DNA of 64,000 nucleotides from Lingula anatina (Eukaryota; Animalia; Brachiopoda), in assembly GCA_051362555.1 (NCBI GenBank), contig CM120642.1:4650001-4714000 (forward strand), read 5' to 3'. The translations under genes were made by a program, and so were the position numbers. The notes below the pieces were generated by a model. It searched no databases and was not told where the DNA came from. It saw only the letters and a program-made list of their open reading frames with translations. Of the stretch, positions 45,134 through 57,800 are shown in pieces. Position 1 is the stretch's first letter. Each line of letters opens with the position of its first letter.

Positions 45134-48100
45134 GCAGTGTTGACAATGTTGACTTTGACCCCAGGTTCAGAGGGGCAGATGGAAGCTGTCCTCTGGGTCT
45201 CCTGGGAGGTGGTCAGAATTTTCAGGTTTACATTGATGAGTATTTAATTTTTCTGTTGGAAGACGATCAAAAATAGAGGATGGATCAACAGAGGTTATTT
45301 GAAAGACTCTCAAAAAGTATCTCTAGATCTGCCCTGAGGTTATGGAATGACCTGAGATATGGAACTGAACCTGAAGATTTCATTTGTCATTTTTTTATGC
45401 ACTGCATAAATATTTGTTGTTGCCATATAGGTTTCAGGTAGCTGTTACAATGTGTTGTACCAGTGTTGCACAGAAGTGATTCTTGGTATTTATAGGATAA
45501 GCATTAATGATTAGTGATGATATGGGTGATGATATGGATAGAAAAATGCTAACTAAACTGTTGTTTTAGCATATTTCTGTTATTATAATGACACATACTT
45601 TATGGGTAAAACTTTACAGGATTGACAATAAAACTATCATAGGTATATGCAAAATATATGGAATTATTCTCCCCTTCCTGAAAAACTGTTCAATTTAATT
45701 TAATTCAATTTAATTCCCATCACCATTTTTGAGTAACCTTTTGAAATATCTTGTCTGCTACCAAACAGGCACAAAGACAAACCAAACCTAAAATAGATAT
45801 AACCTTCTTTGATGGCAGCTGCATCTATGCATTGATGGTAAACCTGTATAAAACTTGAAAGAGGGGAATTGATTTACATGGGATCATTTACATGTTTACC
45901 ATTTGAGATAAAAACTTGAAAATTTTATAAATATTGTTGAGATTTTATAAAAATTGTTGATAACATTTTGACAAAATGTTTTATATATTGCAAAATATAT
46001 TTTTAAAATATTTTTCTGATAAGATCAAATTCTTTTAGTTTCTACAAAAAAGATTGTTAATTTTATAACAAATGCATATCTATTTTTTGTAGATATTGAT
46101 TTGTTTTTGATTCTAAGATAATGTGTGCTATATTTAAATAACATTTTGATTGTAGTAATTATTTTGCTAATAATTTTCTGTGGGCAAAAGGTTAAAGGTG
46201 TCTAAAGTATGGTTGTAAACCTAATAAATTTGACAGAATTTAAGTCTAATGTATTATTTTATTGTCTGTGAGGGAAGAGGATGCGATTCATGAAGTACAT
46301 TATGAGATTATGTCTTGAATATGATTAAAAAAGTTTTGAGTTCAAATTTCTTAGTGAGAAAAATAAAAAGATGAAACTCCAGTGCCTCAATATTTACATT
46401 TATTTAGCAACCCTTTGACAACTTTTTTAAACACAAAAATAAACCTATTTTACAAAATGGCTGTTATTAGTGAAAATGATGTACCTTGTTTTCAAAGTTT
46501 TAAAAATAGATAACCTTCTTACTAAATGCCATTTTAATAATGAACCTTTTTATGAGTGAATAAATACAACCTCTTATACTTCAGCTAGCACCAGATATTT
46601 CAACCTTTATAGCACGTCTGTAAAAAGAAAAACTTATAACCATCGGTAGTCAAAATTCTTTCAACCAAGTACCTGACTTGACAGACAAAATATTAAATGA
46701 ACCCATAACTTCTAAAGGTGTCTTTTACAATTGTGATCATGTAATCATATGAACTGGATCAAAATTACATACTATTTCATTAAAACCAAAATTTTAAAGG
46801 TGCCTCATGGTCACCCAGTCTGTCAAATTTTAAAAGGTAAAATGCATCCATACTACCCAGTATTCCAGGTAATGAGAATGTCCCTCCAGAATGTTCTGTC
46901 CACCATCCAGAGGACTGTCGTAACTGCTTTGATCTAGAACTGTTACGATAAGTTGCAACAGGAATGCTCTCAGCAGTCATTTGATCACATTGTACGTAAA
47001 ATTATGCATAATCTGTGGAACAAAATTTCCAGGCAGCTCCATGTCTTTCAAGAAAGTTTGTTTCATCTTCAAGAAGATGGTCTTATTCCACTTTGCTGTA
47101 GATGTTAACAGGAATGGTTTCAGCAGTTGCCTGAACACGGCAGTGGACATATAATAAGTATCTACATGTACACATATCATTACACATCAATCCTACATCA
47201 CAGCTCTATAAACATCAACTACTGAAGTTTAACTATATACTGTTAAACACTGCCTTAGTTATCACCAATCCTGACCAATTTCATGTAGGTTGGAAAAGAG
47301 CAAAGCCTTTGCTTTACTTGCCTAAGCCATTTGACTTCGAGTGTATCAGTTTGCTTCAAATTTTTTCATTTAAAAATTGTTCATCTCATCACAAAATCTT
47401 TCAGCACTTTTGATCCATTGTTAAGAGTGGGAACTCTGAACAGACTCTTGTGGCTTTGTGACTTTCCCCATCCTATATCTATCATCATGAGGTACACAAA
47501 AATAAAAGCATTTTATAACAGACACTACCAAACATCCTACATAAAAAATAAAAATAACAGCTGTGAAAGTGGTAGGTTTTGAGATTTAATACTAAATAAA
47601 AGCTAAGTGTGTGAGTTGTTTCTTAGGATATACAAGTATGCCTTAAATTTGTATGGTATATTATCATACCCCCCCCCCCCCCCCCTTTTCTTCAAAGAGC
47701 AACAAAAGGTTAATTTTCATCATCGAAAAAACATTTATACAACAACATTACAACCTGTCAATCACAACATTTTACAAATATATGTTTAAATATTGACCTA
47801 CATTGGGTATCATTTTCTAACTTTAAAAACTGTTTTATAATATTTACATTGTTCTAAATTGTTCAAATGCCCAACCTAAGTCGTTATTTACATTTTTAAC
47901 TTAAAGCAATTGACCAAACCCCTCCTCAAATAAGACAGTATATAAATAAATATAACATTTATTGCACCATCCCCCATAAGATGATTTGGGAAAACGAAAG
48001 AGATATAATGACTTGTATGTTAGTTCATACAATCTAATGCATTTCAAGAAAACATTTCTTCAAGAAACTTCTCCCATTATTGCTATGCATTGCCCAATCT

Positions 48101-48352
48101 TCATTCAGTCAAATAATATAACAATGTGCAGTCAGAGAGTCAACGCTCAGCAGTATAAAATCTATAAACCGATCTTAGAAACACCATTCTGTAACAGTCA
48201 ACAAGTTAAAAGAAAAAAAAAAATGCCTAGGGGCATCACTGAAGAAAATAATTTAGCTTTGCAAGTGTTGTTTGGTTTACTGTATCAGAACTACTATTGG
48301 GTAAAGGGGTAAAAGATGTCTGTCTCCGTTTCATGACTTTGTCTAGCAGAAC

Positions 48353-51300
48353 TCAATGTTGGTGCTGTGTTGCTTTCAATATAATAGGAACTGTAATGAA
48401 AATATAAATACATATTTGTTATATATCAAATATATATATTTCCATGTTGGCAGTGCTCTGACTAATCTTTTCAAGAAGCCAAGTTATAGAATGATGAGAA
48501 TTTTTCTTATATCATTTTCTCTGTTTCACCCGACTGCCATTGCACCTAAAGGTTTATCAGGGTTTTTTCACCTTTTTTTTTTTACTTTTGGATAAGCGTT
48601 TGGGCACAACAGCCCTTAGGTGAAATGAAGAAAATCATATAAAAAGTTATCATTATTCTATTTTACATCTATCTACATCAAGAGAAAATCTGATATCTTT
48701 ATTATTTTATTTTATTTATTTATTATAATTTTTTTTTGAAAAAAAAATTGTATATATAGCTTTGAATTGACATTTTTTATGAATGAGCATTTCAGACAAG
48801 AAATTCAAAAGCTATGTACTTTTTCTATTCATTAAATTCAAAAATTAAAAATCCATTTAATGCTTCTCAATCAGTTTATTGATATTAGATGTGAATACCG
48901 TACTCACTGATTATGACAGCAAAGATGATCAGTATCACAATCATAACTATAATTTTCATCTGAAATTTAAAGAACATTTTGTCAAATATATGGCAAACAG
49001 TTGCCCATTGAAAATAGTTATGAGAATTTCTTTTAAATCATCTCACATCCTGACATATATTTTTTGGGAAATGACAGATACTGACTTAATGATAGGGAGC
49101 ATCCAGATTGAGAAGAGCCGAGTGATAGAAAGGTCGCTACATAAATATGGCAGACCTACATGAAAGGAATACCGCTAATCCTGTAAGGGTCTCTCCATCT
49201 CTCACACGCCTCCCCACATGTCGTCCCTGCAGGGGCACAGTAATTAAATCTTGGCTCAATTCAACCGGTCGAGGGACAACACATGGTGAGGCATGTGAGA
49301 GGCGGAGAGACCATTACAGGGTTAGCGGTCTTCCTTTCATGTAAGTCAGTCATATTTTGGTTGCGGCCTTACTAGCACTCGGCTCTACTCGACCTGAATG
49401 GTCCCATAATGTTCATCATTCTAGGCCAGTCTCCTAATTCTGATCCAAAGCAAATACAATATTTCATTATACAAACTCTGTATAATTTTTATCAGAAAAA
49501 AAAGAAAAGACAGTTGCCATATTGGATTACAAGGCTAAGCACTTTTGGTATTAATGGACATTTTTCAAGACAAACTTTTTAATAATCATAAACGAAAATT
49601 ATCAAACACAAGCCAAAAAACTTCATACCCTAAGCTAACGGTATGAAAGTTTTTTCGGCTTGTGTTTGATAATTTTCATTTATGATCCATCTACCAAGCT
49701 AATGAACATTTTAGCTCATAAACTTTTCAAGTTGTAAACTAGCAAAAAATGAAAAACTGAGGTTCTGAACAATAAGGGTCAATCATATAACCTTTGTTGT
49801 AGGGGAGTGCAACCAAACTGATTTCTGGGGCATCACTTCCTAACTACGTAATGTATCTCCTTATCTGTATACCCACCTTACAATTTTGCCACCACATGGC
49901 AGATCTGACATCTCTGGCTCTTGCTTGAAACAATCTGGAATTGCTGTTTAAGTGGTCTGCAACAGGGTACAATTAATATACAGTGTTGTATTAGAAAATA
50001 AATCCTATGACAATAAATCATATATGTGCACATATCCCTAGGCACGCATATCTCTGGACTGTAACATGGCAAGACCTTGCCATGCAGAGAGAATAAATAC
50101 ATGTATTTGTATCTTACATGGCACAAGCACACACTATAAAACCAAACAAACAGCACATTCGTTCCAATATGCAGAATCAACTTTTCACCCACATACAAAC
50201 AAATATGTAGGGATGGAAAGCATCTTATCTATAACCCTTCAGCACAACTTTATGAAGACAAGATCAAAGAAATTTGAATACTGTAAATTTTTAGTCACTA
50301 ATTTCACATTATTTCTTTAACTCTTACAGTTTGTTTATCACATACATAAAATCCATTTATCTTTGGTTAAAAAAGATAATCCCTTGTATATTATCATGTG
50401 CATGCCTTCAATTTTCATGAATCTACTAGTACATGTAGTAGCAAAAATTACCTGATTTGTCCTGCAGATCTTCAAGTCTTTCTCCCCTGTCCAGTACTTT
50501 GCCTATGTTACTCTTCATCACTCCCACCACATCATCTACTTGTTCTTGAACCCTGCCAAAAATTTTTCCCAAAAATTTACTTATTGAGTGAAAATATAAA
50601 GTAGCAGAAAGTCATCTATTAGTAACTGGCTCCAAGCTCTTGTCTAAAACCACCACAAAATGCTTACAACATTAACACTGGCAAAAGAAAATGGGTATTG
50701 TTTGGTTTTTTATAATGATTTAAAATAGCTAAAACAAAGAAGTGTAGAACCAACATCATCTTTACACAAAAGTATGCTCTTCTTAACTCTGCCGCACCTT
50801 CTTGTAGTTGGCATAGCAGGCTAATCCTGTTAGCAAGGCAATTTACTTCACTTGTCAGACTGCCATAAGATAACACTTAAATAAGGCCACTTCCTTTCTC
50901 ACAATTTCTACCCAAGGTAAATTCATTGTCTCCATGGAGATTTAAAAAAATAATGTGTTAATCAGTTTTCCTTTCTGAAAGTGATAAAGTTACATAACAA
51001 CATTATATCTAGCACTGAGCCAAGCAATGCTACCCTCATAAAAACCAGCTTCTGGACAAATGATCAAACAATGTGATCAAAATTTTGAAGATAACATTTA
51101 AAGCACTGAAAATCCTGCTTTCTTCTATTCCACAAAACCAGACCCCAATTTAAATATTTATGAACAAAAAGGAACTTTAGACTTTCAATACTACCAAGCA
51201 AAAACCTTTTATTCTAAATGCGTCCTACTTTGACTCCAGTAAAAATAAAACCAGCATAAATCTAAATTATTAATTCTGCTTGAACATTTATCCCATATAG

Positions 51301-52738
51301 CAGTCTTGTAGGACAGTTTTATTTTATTTAACTGCATTCCCACCTTTGTACTTTCTCATCTTTTAAGAGTCGCCCTGGTCTTGCATTGGGGCCTCTGGAA
51401 AAAATATTTTATTTTAAAAAGGAAACATTTAACTAAAATTGTCAAACTTGTAGATGTCAGTGTACAGATATGTGTAAATATGTATAAAGAACATTAGCAG
51501 CAAGCAGACATATTTCATTTTGAAATTGCAACACTAAATAAAAAATAATTAACAAATTTGTATACATGTTAATGTGTTTATATGTATTAATTTAGCAGCA
51601 TGAGCAGCCAATATATTACTTCATCAAAGTAAATAATGATAATAAAATTGAAGATTTAAGGGTGGGGAGGGTGTTTATCAACTCTATCTTTTGGGTTGCC
51701 CTTTCCCCTTTTTTCACTGTAACATCCCTAGAGCAACATGCACTTCTACCATGTGAGCTATCACCCTGTTGTCATATGTCACTGAGCCATGCGAGCTATC
51801 ACCCTGACAAGTTATTATGTTGCCATTGTAAACAAATGCAAATTCCATAAAAACTCACTTAAGAAAAAAGTCTTCCTGCTCATCATCAGAGTTTTCACCC
51901 AGTAGGCTAACCTAAAACAAAGAACAACTACTTCACTCAGAATATTTTTTAAGGTGCAGTTAAAACTGAATGAGCAACGTAAAAATGATACTAACTGTAC
52001 ACTTCTACTACTTAATGTTTTTACTCTGTCCTTTATACAAAGCATTACAATTATACTACACTTTTTAATATACCATACATAGTAAAAATGTCAATTTTCA
52101 GGAAATTTTGACAATTTTTTAACATAAAAGTCCAACTTGTACCAGTAATTGTGTAAATGATAAAATCATACTTTCTGGTACTTTTTTTTAACTTATAAGA
52201 TTAAGCCTTGGTCAGTGCAAGCAGTCCACTAAAGTAATCAACCCAGTTACTCAATGCTGTTCAGTGAAAGATTTAACTCTTTAAAATCCTAACAGCAGTC
52301 ATAACAGCAGTCTGTGTCATGACCAAACTAGACTAAGTATAGGAATCTAGTGGCCCACAGCAGAAACAATAGCCTGTTACTTAACAAATATAAGTTATAG
52401 TGGCCCACCATCAATTTTAATGCATTTGGTGTGAGGTCAGACATAACTTTGCAAAATACTGCATGATGCTATGAAAGAGGTTTTTCATGGTCTCTAAATA
52501 GGATGATTAAGTAGAATCATTTACCAAGACTAAATAACATCAGTTTTGTTATAAAAAGTTGTAATTTATTAAGCCAAAATTAATTTGGACTCACTGGAGC
52601 ATGTACCAATATAAAAGACAGAACCGATACAGTGTATAATTCATTTTTTTTTAAATGAAAGAAAACACTTACTTTTTCAGAGTCTTTAGCTCTGGCCATG
52701 TCCGAGCTGTCAACAGTCCTCTTAAATTTAGGAGGCAT
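48353..52738 (-). CDS. VAMP4: Vesicle-associated membrane protein 4 (R-SNARE)
   Basis: Exons 52673-52738 (MPPKFKR), 51859-51911 (LLGENSDDEQEDFFL: dileucine plus acidic cluster), 51344-51394 (GPNARPG), 50452-50552 (VQEQVDDVVGVMKSNIGKVLDRGERLEDLQDKS), 49877-49956 (AMWWQNCK), 48908-48959 (TM), 48353-48390 (IPIILKATQHQH*). Phases are consistent; a non-coding first exon donor lies near 53458. Not visible in the ORF track. Confidence 0.95.
49088..49410. mobile_element. Old, diverged fold-back MITE in a VAMP4 intron
   Basis: Imperfect inverted arms, e.g. tacatgaaaggaataccgctaatcctgtaa / ttacagggttagcggtcttcctttcatgta and agagccgagtg / cactcggctct. Confidence 0.65.
49585..49686. repeat. ~100-bp hairpin (inverted repeat) in a VAMP4 intron
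   Basis: atcataaacgaaaattatcaaacacaagcc...catacc / ggtatg...ggcttgtgtttgataattttcatttatgat. Confidence 0.75.
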
Positions 52739-54330
52739 GGTTGTGAGCCTGTGGCCTTATATAATAAATAAGGCAGCTGCTAGACCTACATGTATAACAA
52801 TAATTCTTCTTTTAAACTGAGATGAACAGATTAGATCTGGGGGAATGATTACTCTGATTTCTCTGATACCTGATGCTTGGATCAGTTTAGTATGATTTTG
52901 CCATTATTTATTTATTTATTTTTATTTTATTTTATTTTACAAAATTGTTACTGGGCAAAATTAGCAAACAAAATATGAATTACAATGTAAAACTAGTACA
53001 GTAGCAATCGTGCGCAGTATCTTTTATGATCATCAACTAAGCAAATGGCATCAGCTCAGCTGACAAGGCCACATGCGCTGAAAATGATTTACAGTCGAAT
53101 AAAAATGAAAAATGTAATGCATAATTTATGACAAGTGACATTGTTTTTATCTGCTCCAGGTTATCGAATATTAGCTGACAGACATAGTTAATGTTTAAGC
53201 AAATCAAGCAAAGTTTAAAAAGTTAAACACAAAGTTAAATGTCATGCATTTCATATAATTTTTTACTTCGCCACGATAACCTGAGAGACAGAATAATAAT
53301 AATAAAGTAAAAAAATCGGCTTTTTGCATTTGAATATATGCAAAAAAAAAAAAAAAATGAAGGGTATCATTCCTTTAGTATTCTGTGCATGTAGTGTTAA
53401 TTGAAACAGACGTAAATGGAATGAAAAATAGGTAACTAACAATAAGTTCTATATTTACCTGGGTCAGGAGATAAATACCTCCAGTCAAAAAAACGGAAAT
53501 TCGACAGCAAGAATTTCTCTAGCAAACGGAGTACAGTTAAACAGTTGGTTAGACCTATAACGCGTGTAAATTTGAAACATCTATTTATATATCTATACTT
53601 GTAAAACACTTTTTAAATGAACTTTTACTGAGTGAGATTTTATCATAAATACTTACGAGATAGGTCTTATAAGACATTTTAAAGAAAAGAAAGAATGAAG
53701 CAAAAGTACCAAAATATGATAAAGACATGGTAAGCTACCCTGTCGTTCTTACGTTGCGCGTTATACTTTGTGGAAAATTGGGGATTTCTCGATTTCATTT
53801 CTGAGAAGTATGTAATATTGAGAAGCCAGATGCGTTTTGCGTTAGGAATAAATCCCCGGTAACGAGTAGGGTACATATGTACAGCTTTTGCGTTTAAATC
53901 ATTCATATATAGTTAGATAATATTTTAAGTGCCGATGCGACTACTGATTACTGATCGCTTTTTTATGCTCTCGTGATAAAGTAAATCATTTTAAATCTGA
54001 GTCAAATACAGCATTGGCATTGCCTTAGTTGTGTTACTTACCGCAGTGCCTTGAAAGCAAAAACTGAGGCATAATAACCCACTGCCAGAATCACTGATAA
54101 ATCTTTGTAAGTAAAACAAAGGTGTCGTTTTCCTAACCGAAATACAAATAACTGTATTCTGGCGATAGGGGTTACATTAATCTTAAAACTTTGTATTCAC
54201 TGTTGTACAGTCAATTTTAAGACTTTGCCTCAGGTTATGTCCTTAAAGTTACATTTGAGGTACTAACCGCCAAGACCCTATCCACTGATAATTACCTGTA
54301 GATATGTAGTGTCAGACGCAGGGTAGAATC

Positions 54331-54403
54331 AGCCAGATAGCTCAGGTGGTAGAGCACTCGCCCTGTTAGCGAGAGGTCCCGGGTTCGATCCCTGGTCTGG
54401 CTG
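54331..54403 (+). mobile_element. tRNA-like cloverleaf (tRNA-derived SINE head or pseudo-tRNA; nominal anticodon TGT)
   Basis: Acceptor AGCCAGA/TCTGGCT, D arm GCTC..GAGC with A box TAGCTCAGGTGG, anticodon stem CTCGC/GCGAG, B box GGTTCGATCC. The loop CCTGTTA lacks U33 and purine 37, so it is unlikely to be a functional tRNA. Confidence 0.7.
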
Positions 54404-54854
54404 GTGATTTTTCTACACTTTCCCAAAAAGGCGCTATAGATAACTTCATCTTTGGTACCAGCTTTGGGTTCAACTCTTGAACAGTCACAGTGGAGATTAC
54501 TACTAGTACTACATATATATATAGCACAGAATTCATGTATTAGCACTCCTTTGACACTTAATGAGATCTACTCTGTGCTAACTAATGAAAGCAAAGACCT
54601 CAAAGAATGTAAAATGAAGACCAGTTTCTGCGGTATCTGCAGTGCCATACATGTATGTTAGCACAGTTTGGCAATCAGAATCGTCAACCGGAGTGCTAAA
54701 TCATGAATTACTAGCACACAGGTATTCAGACTGTCACTAGCTAAATGAACTGTGCTCTGCCAGGCTTAACATTGTAAAAGGTCTCTTAATATTATCTGTC
54801 GTCTATTATAGATAACCTATCTGAAGAGTCAATTAATGATTGAAGATAATCAGT

Positions 54855-57800
54855 ATGGCAGATGATCCACCTACCAGAGATGTTAAGGTAAAATTATTGT
54901 ATGCTTAATGTAATACATAAACCATGAGCCAGCCAGGACTGGGGTATACTTGAAGTCAAGGCATGAGTGGATATTATATGTAACTTAATTGATTGGTGTA
55001 TCTGACTTGTACCATGGTAGATGTCGAGACTGAAAAAGCTTAGACCCATAATATGTGGTGCAGATTTCATTCATGCATGGTGCCTATGGACATCTTTCAT
55101 GCTATTAGGACCCAAACCCCCCAATATTTAGTTCTGGTACATTTCAAATCAAATATATTAAATACCCAAAATCTTAGATTTACCATGGCCTGCCTCAACT
55201 TTTTGGTAAAGGGTTAAGAATCTTTTGACTACAGACTACTTCTTTGCCTACTTTTGCCTTTCCACCAGTTTCTTATCTTGTGCGTATATTAGACAGATCT
55301 TGCCAACAAAGAAATATGTATTAAGTTGTAAACAGTGAGACAAAAGTTATATTTCAGTAAAACTGCCCTTCTCTACAATTATAGATTTTCATACCAAAAT
55401 TAAACAAAAAATATCTCATTTTTTCATCCCGGTGCCACCCCACCCCCCTTATCAGAGCCCTGGACTCCCCTGTGATGAGTTTCACTTTGTTTGTTTTTCC
55501 AGGAGTTTCAGTTCCAGCAGATGTGCAAGGTTCAGGTGGCAGCCAGACAGACCGACTCTGTTCCCAAACACAGGTCACAACTGCTGGCTGTGTCCAACAA
55601 ATATGGATTGACTTTTGTTGGTGTGCAGGAAGGTATGCTGGGGTTTTTATATATTTTTTTTCTTATCAGGATTGAGGACTTCATTTTTTGGCAGTGATTG
55701 AAAACTCGCAAAGATTGTGGTAGGGATAAGGATATGAATTTATAACCTTACTTGTGGAAAATAAATGTTAAAACAATAAGTACATGAAATAACTTTTATA
55801 AATTTTCTTGTTGTCTTCTATTTCATCAACAGTATTTCCTTTTGACAGATTCATGCTATTGAATACATCTTCTGTATTTTGTCTGCATTTTTTTGTCTGT
55901 TAATGGTCTCCATGTATTTCACAGGCTTTAAGGTCATAAAAACCATTGATCTCATCAATGCCGATGCCAATGAATCAGACAAGAACAAGGTGGTGACTGA
56001 CCTCCCTATGTGGACAGTGGTCAGTACAGAGAGTGCCCCCACCCACCTGGCCCTCAGCAATGATGATATGACCCTGGCCGTGTGTGTAGAGAGGGAAGGG
56101 TTACCTTTGGTCTTACTGTATGACATCAGGGTGTTTGCTGAGAAGGTAAGATGTGTGTTCCTCAAAATGAATCCAAAGAGGGAGAAGTATGGATAGCTCT
56201 CTTTATACTCATACAGTTCATATATAGATTGATACATTGTAAACCTCATTGGTAATAACATGGTATTTTCAAGGGCTATGACGTATCCACATATGGTTTT
56301 GCATGGTGCAAAATAAGTTTTTTTTTTTTTTTTTTGCACATAGTAATGTAAGTATGGCTGGGGCTGACTTAATATCATGCATAACAGTGTGAAAGTCGTT
56401 TTAAGGTTTGTCAGTGCTTACCACATATAAATACAATTGAAATCGGGGAAATAACTGACCTTAGGCTGGTATTGATTTTATTTCCTGGTATGCATGTGTG
56501 AATGATAGATATCATAATCCCTGTATAAAAACATAAAACCACTAACATCATTTCATTATTTCAAAGGGCACATTATAAAACTTGATGTTTGAAATTAATT
56601 TTTTATGTGACTTGTTTTTCAGGATTCTAAGCCAAGAACTTTCCATACTATCCCATTATACACTAGCCCCAGTGTCAGACTGGTAGACTTTGTATGGAAC
56701 CCTGGCACAGACTTCCCTGCTGTCTTTGCTGCTGTCATGTCAGATGGTAGCTTGAAGTTGATGGAAGCCACAGAAAATCTGAAGATAATGGGCAGCTTGA
56801 AGGCTGGCTCTGGGGTCACTGCAGGTAGGGGTATTACTGGGGTACATGTGCTGGACAGCTTGACTTTTTTTTCTTTTTCAGGAGGTTGGAAATATTTTGT
56901 TTGGCTGCAAAGACATTCCGTCCATTTTATATACAATTATGGGTTCTGAGTTGTATTGCCATCTTTATAATCACTTATAATTAATTAAACTCGGTTCTAG
57001 TTTTAAAACAGGTTCTTTCTTTTTTTATAGTACCTCATTGTTTACTTTGATTACCAGTATTTTGATTATTCTTATAATGTTTGATGTTTATTATTGATAT
57101 GTCGCCTTGATTGCATTCACATAATAAATGATTCATAATAGTAGTTTTAAATGTATTGTAGTATGTTGGAGCCCTAAAGGAAAACAGATAGTGGTTGGAA
57201 AGAAGGATGGTACCATGCAACAGTACGACCAAGAGTTAAAACTCAAGAAGAATATTGCAGCGCCCACTATTTTTCAAGACCCCATGAAAGGTGTGTCCCT
57301 TATTTTTATCCGTCAACAATGCTAGCTCTTACTGAAGAGAATATAATAAATCTATTCTGTTATAAAAACATTTGCTGTACAGACATTATAAATCTGGATG
57401 GCTTCTACTCTCCTTACAAAAGGATATGTGACTGCTTAACAATTGTTTTTATAGCTAAAGAAAAATTAAGTCTGGTAGTTTGTTTTTCCATTGATTTTTA
57501 TATTTTTGATGACACTGGGAAAGGTGTTATTTGAATTAGGATCAAATTTTGCCATTGTTAGTCATTTACATGTTAATTTTCCATGTTTCATATTTGCTGC
57601 CTTTTATGGTTAATTGTAAGGATTTGTTTATTTAGATCTGAAACAATTTTTTTTCAGTCCTAGATATTCAGTGGTTGACAACCTTCACATTTCAAGTGGC
57701 TTACATGCCCCAAGGAGATGCCATCACAGAGCAGCCTTCACTTGTGTTTGTACACGCCCCAGTAAGTCGGTATTAAATCAGATCTTCTTAAAGTCTACAA

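Noticed and set aside
54331-54403. Functional tRNA-Thr(TGT)
   Set aside because: Lacks the invariant U33 and purine 37; more consistent with a SINE or pseudo-tRNA.
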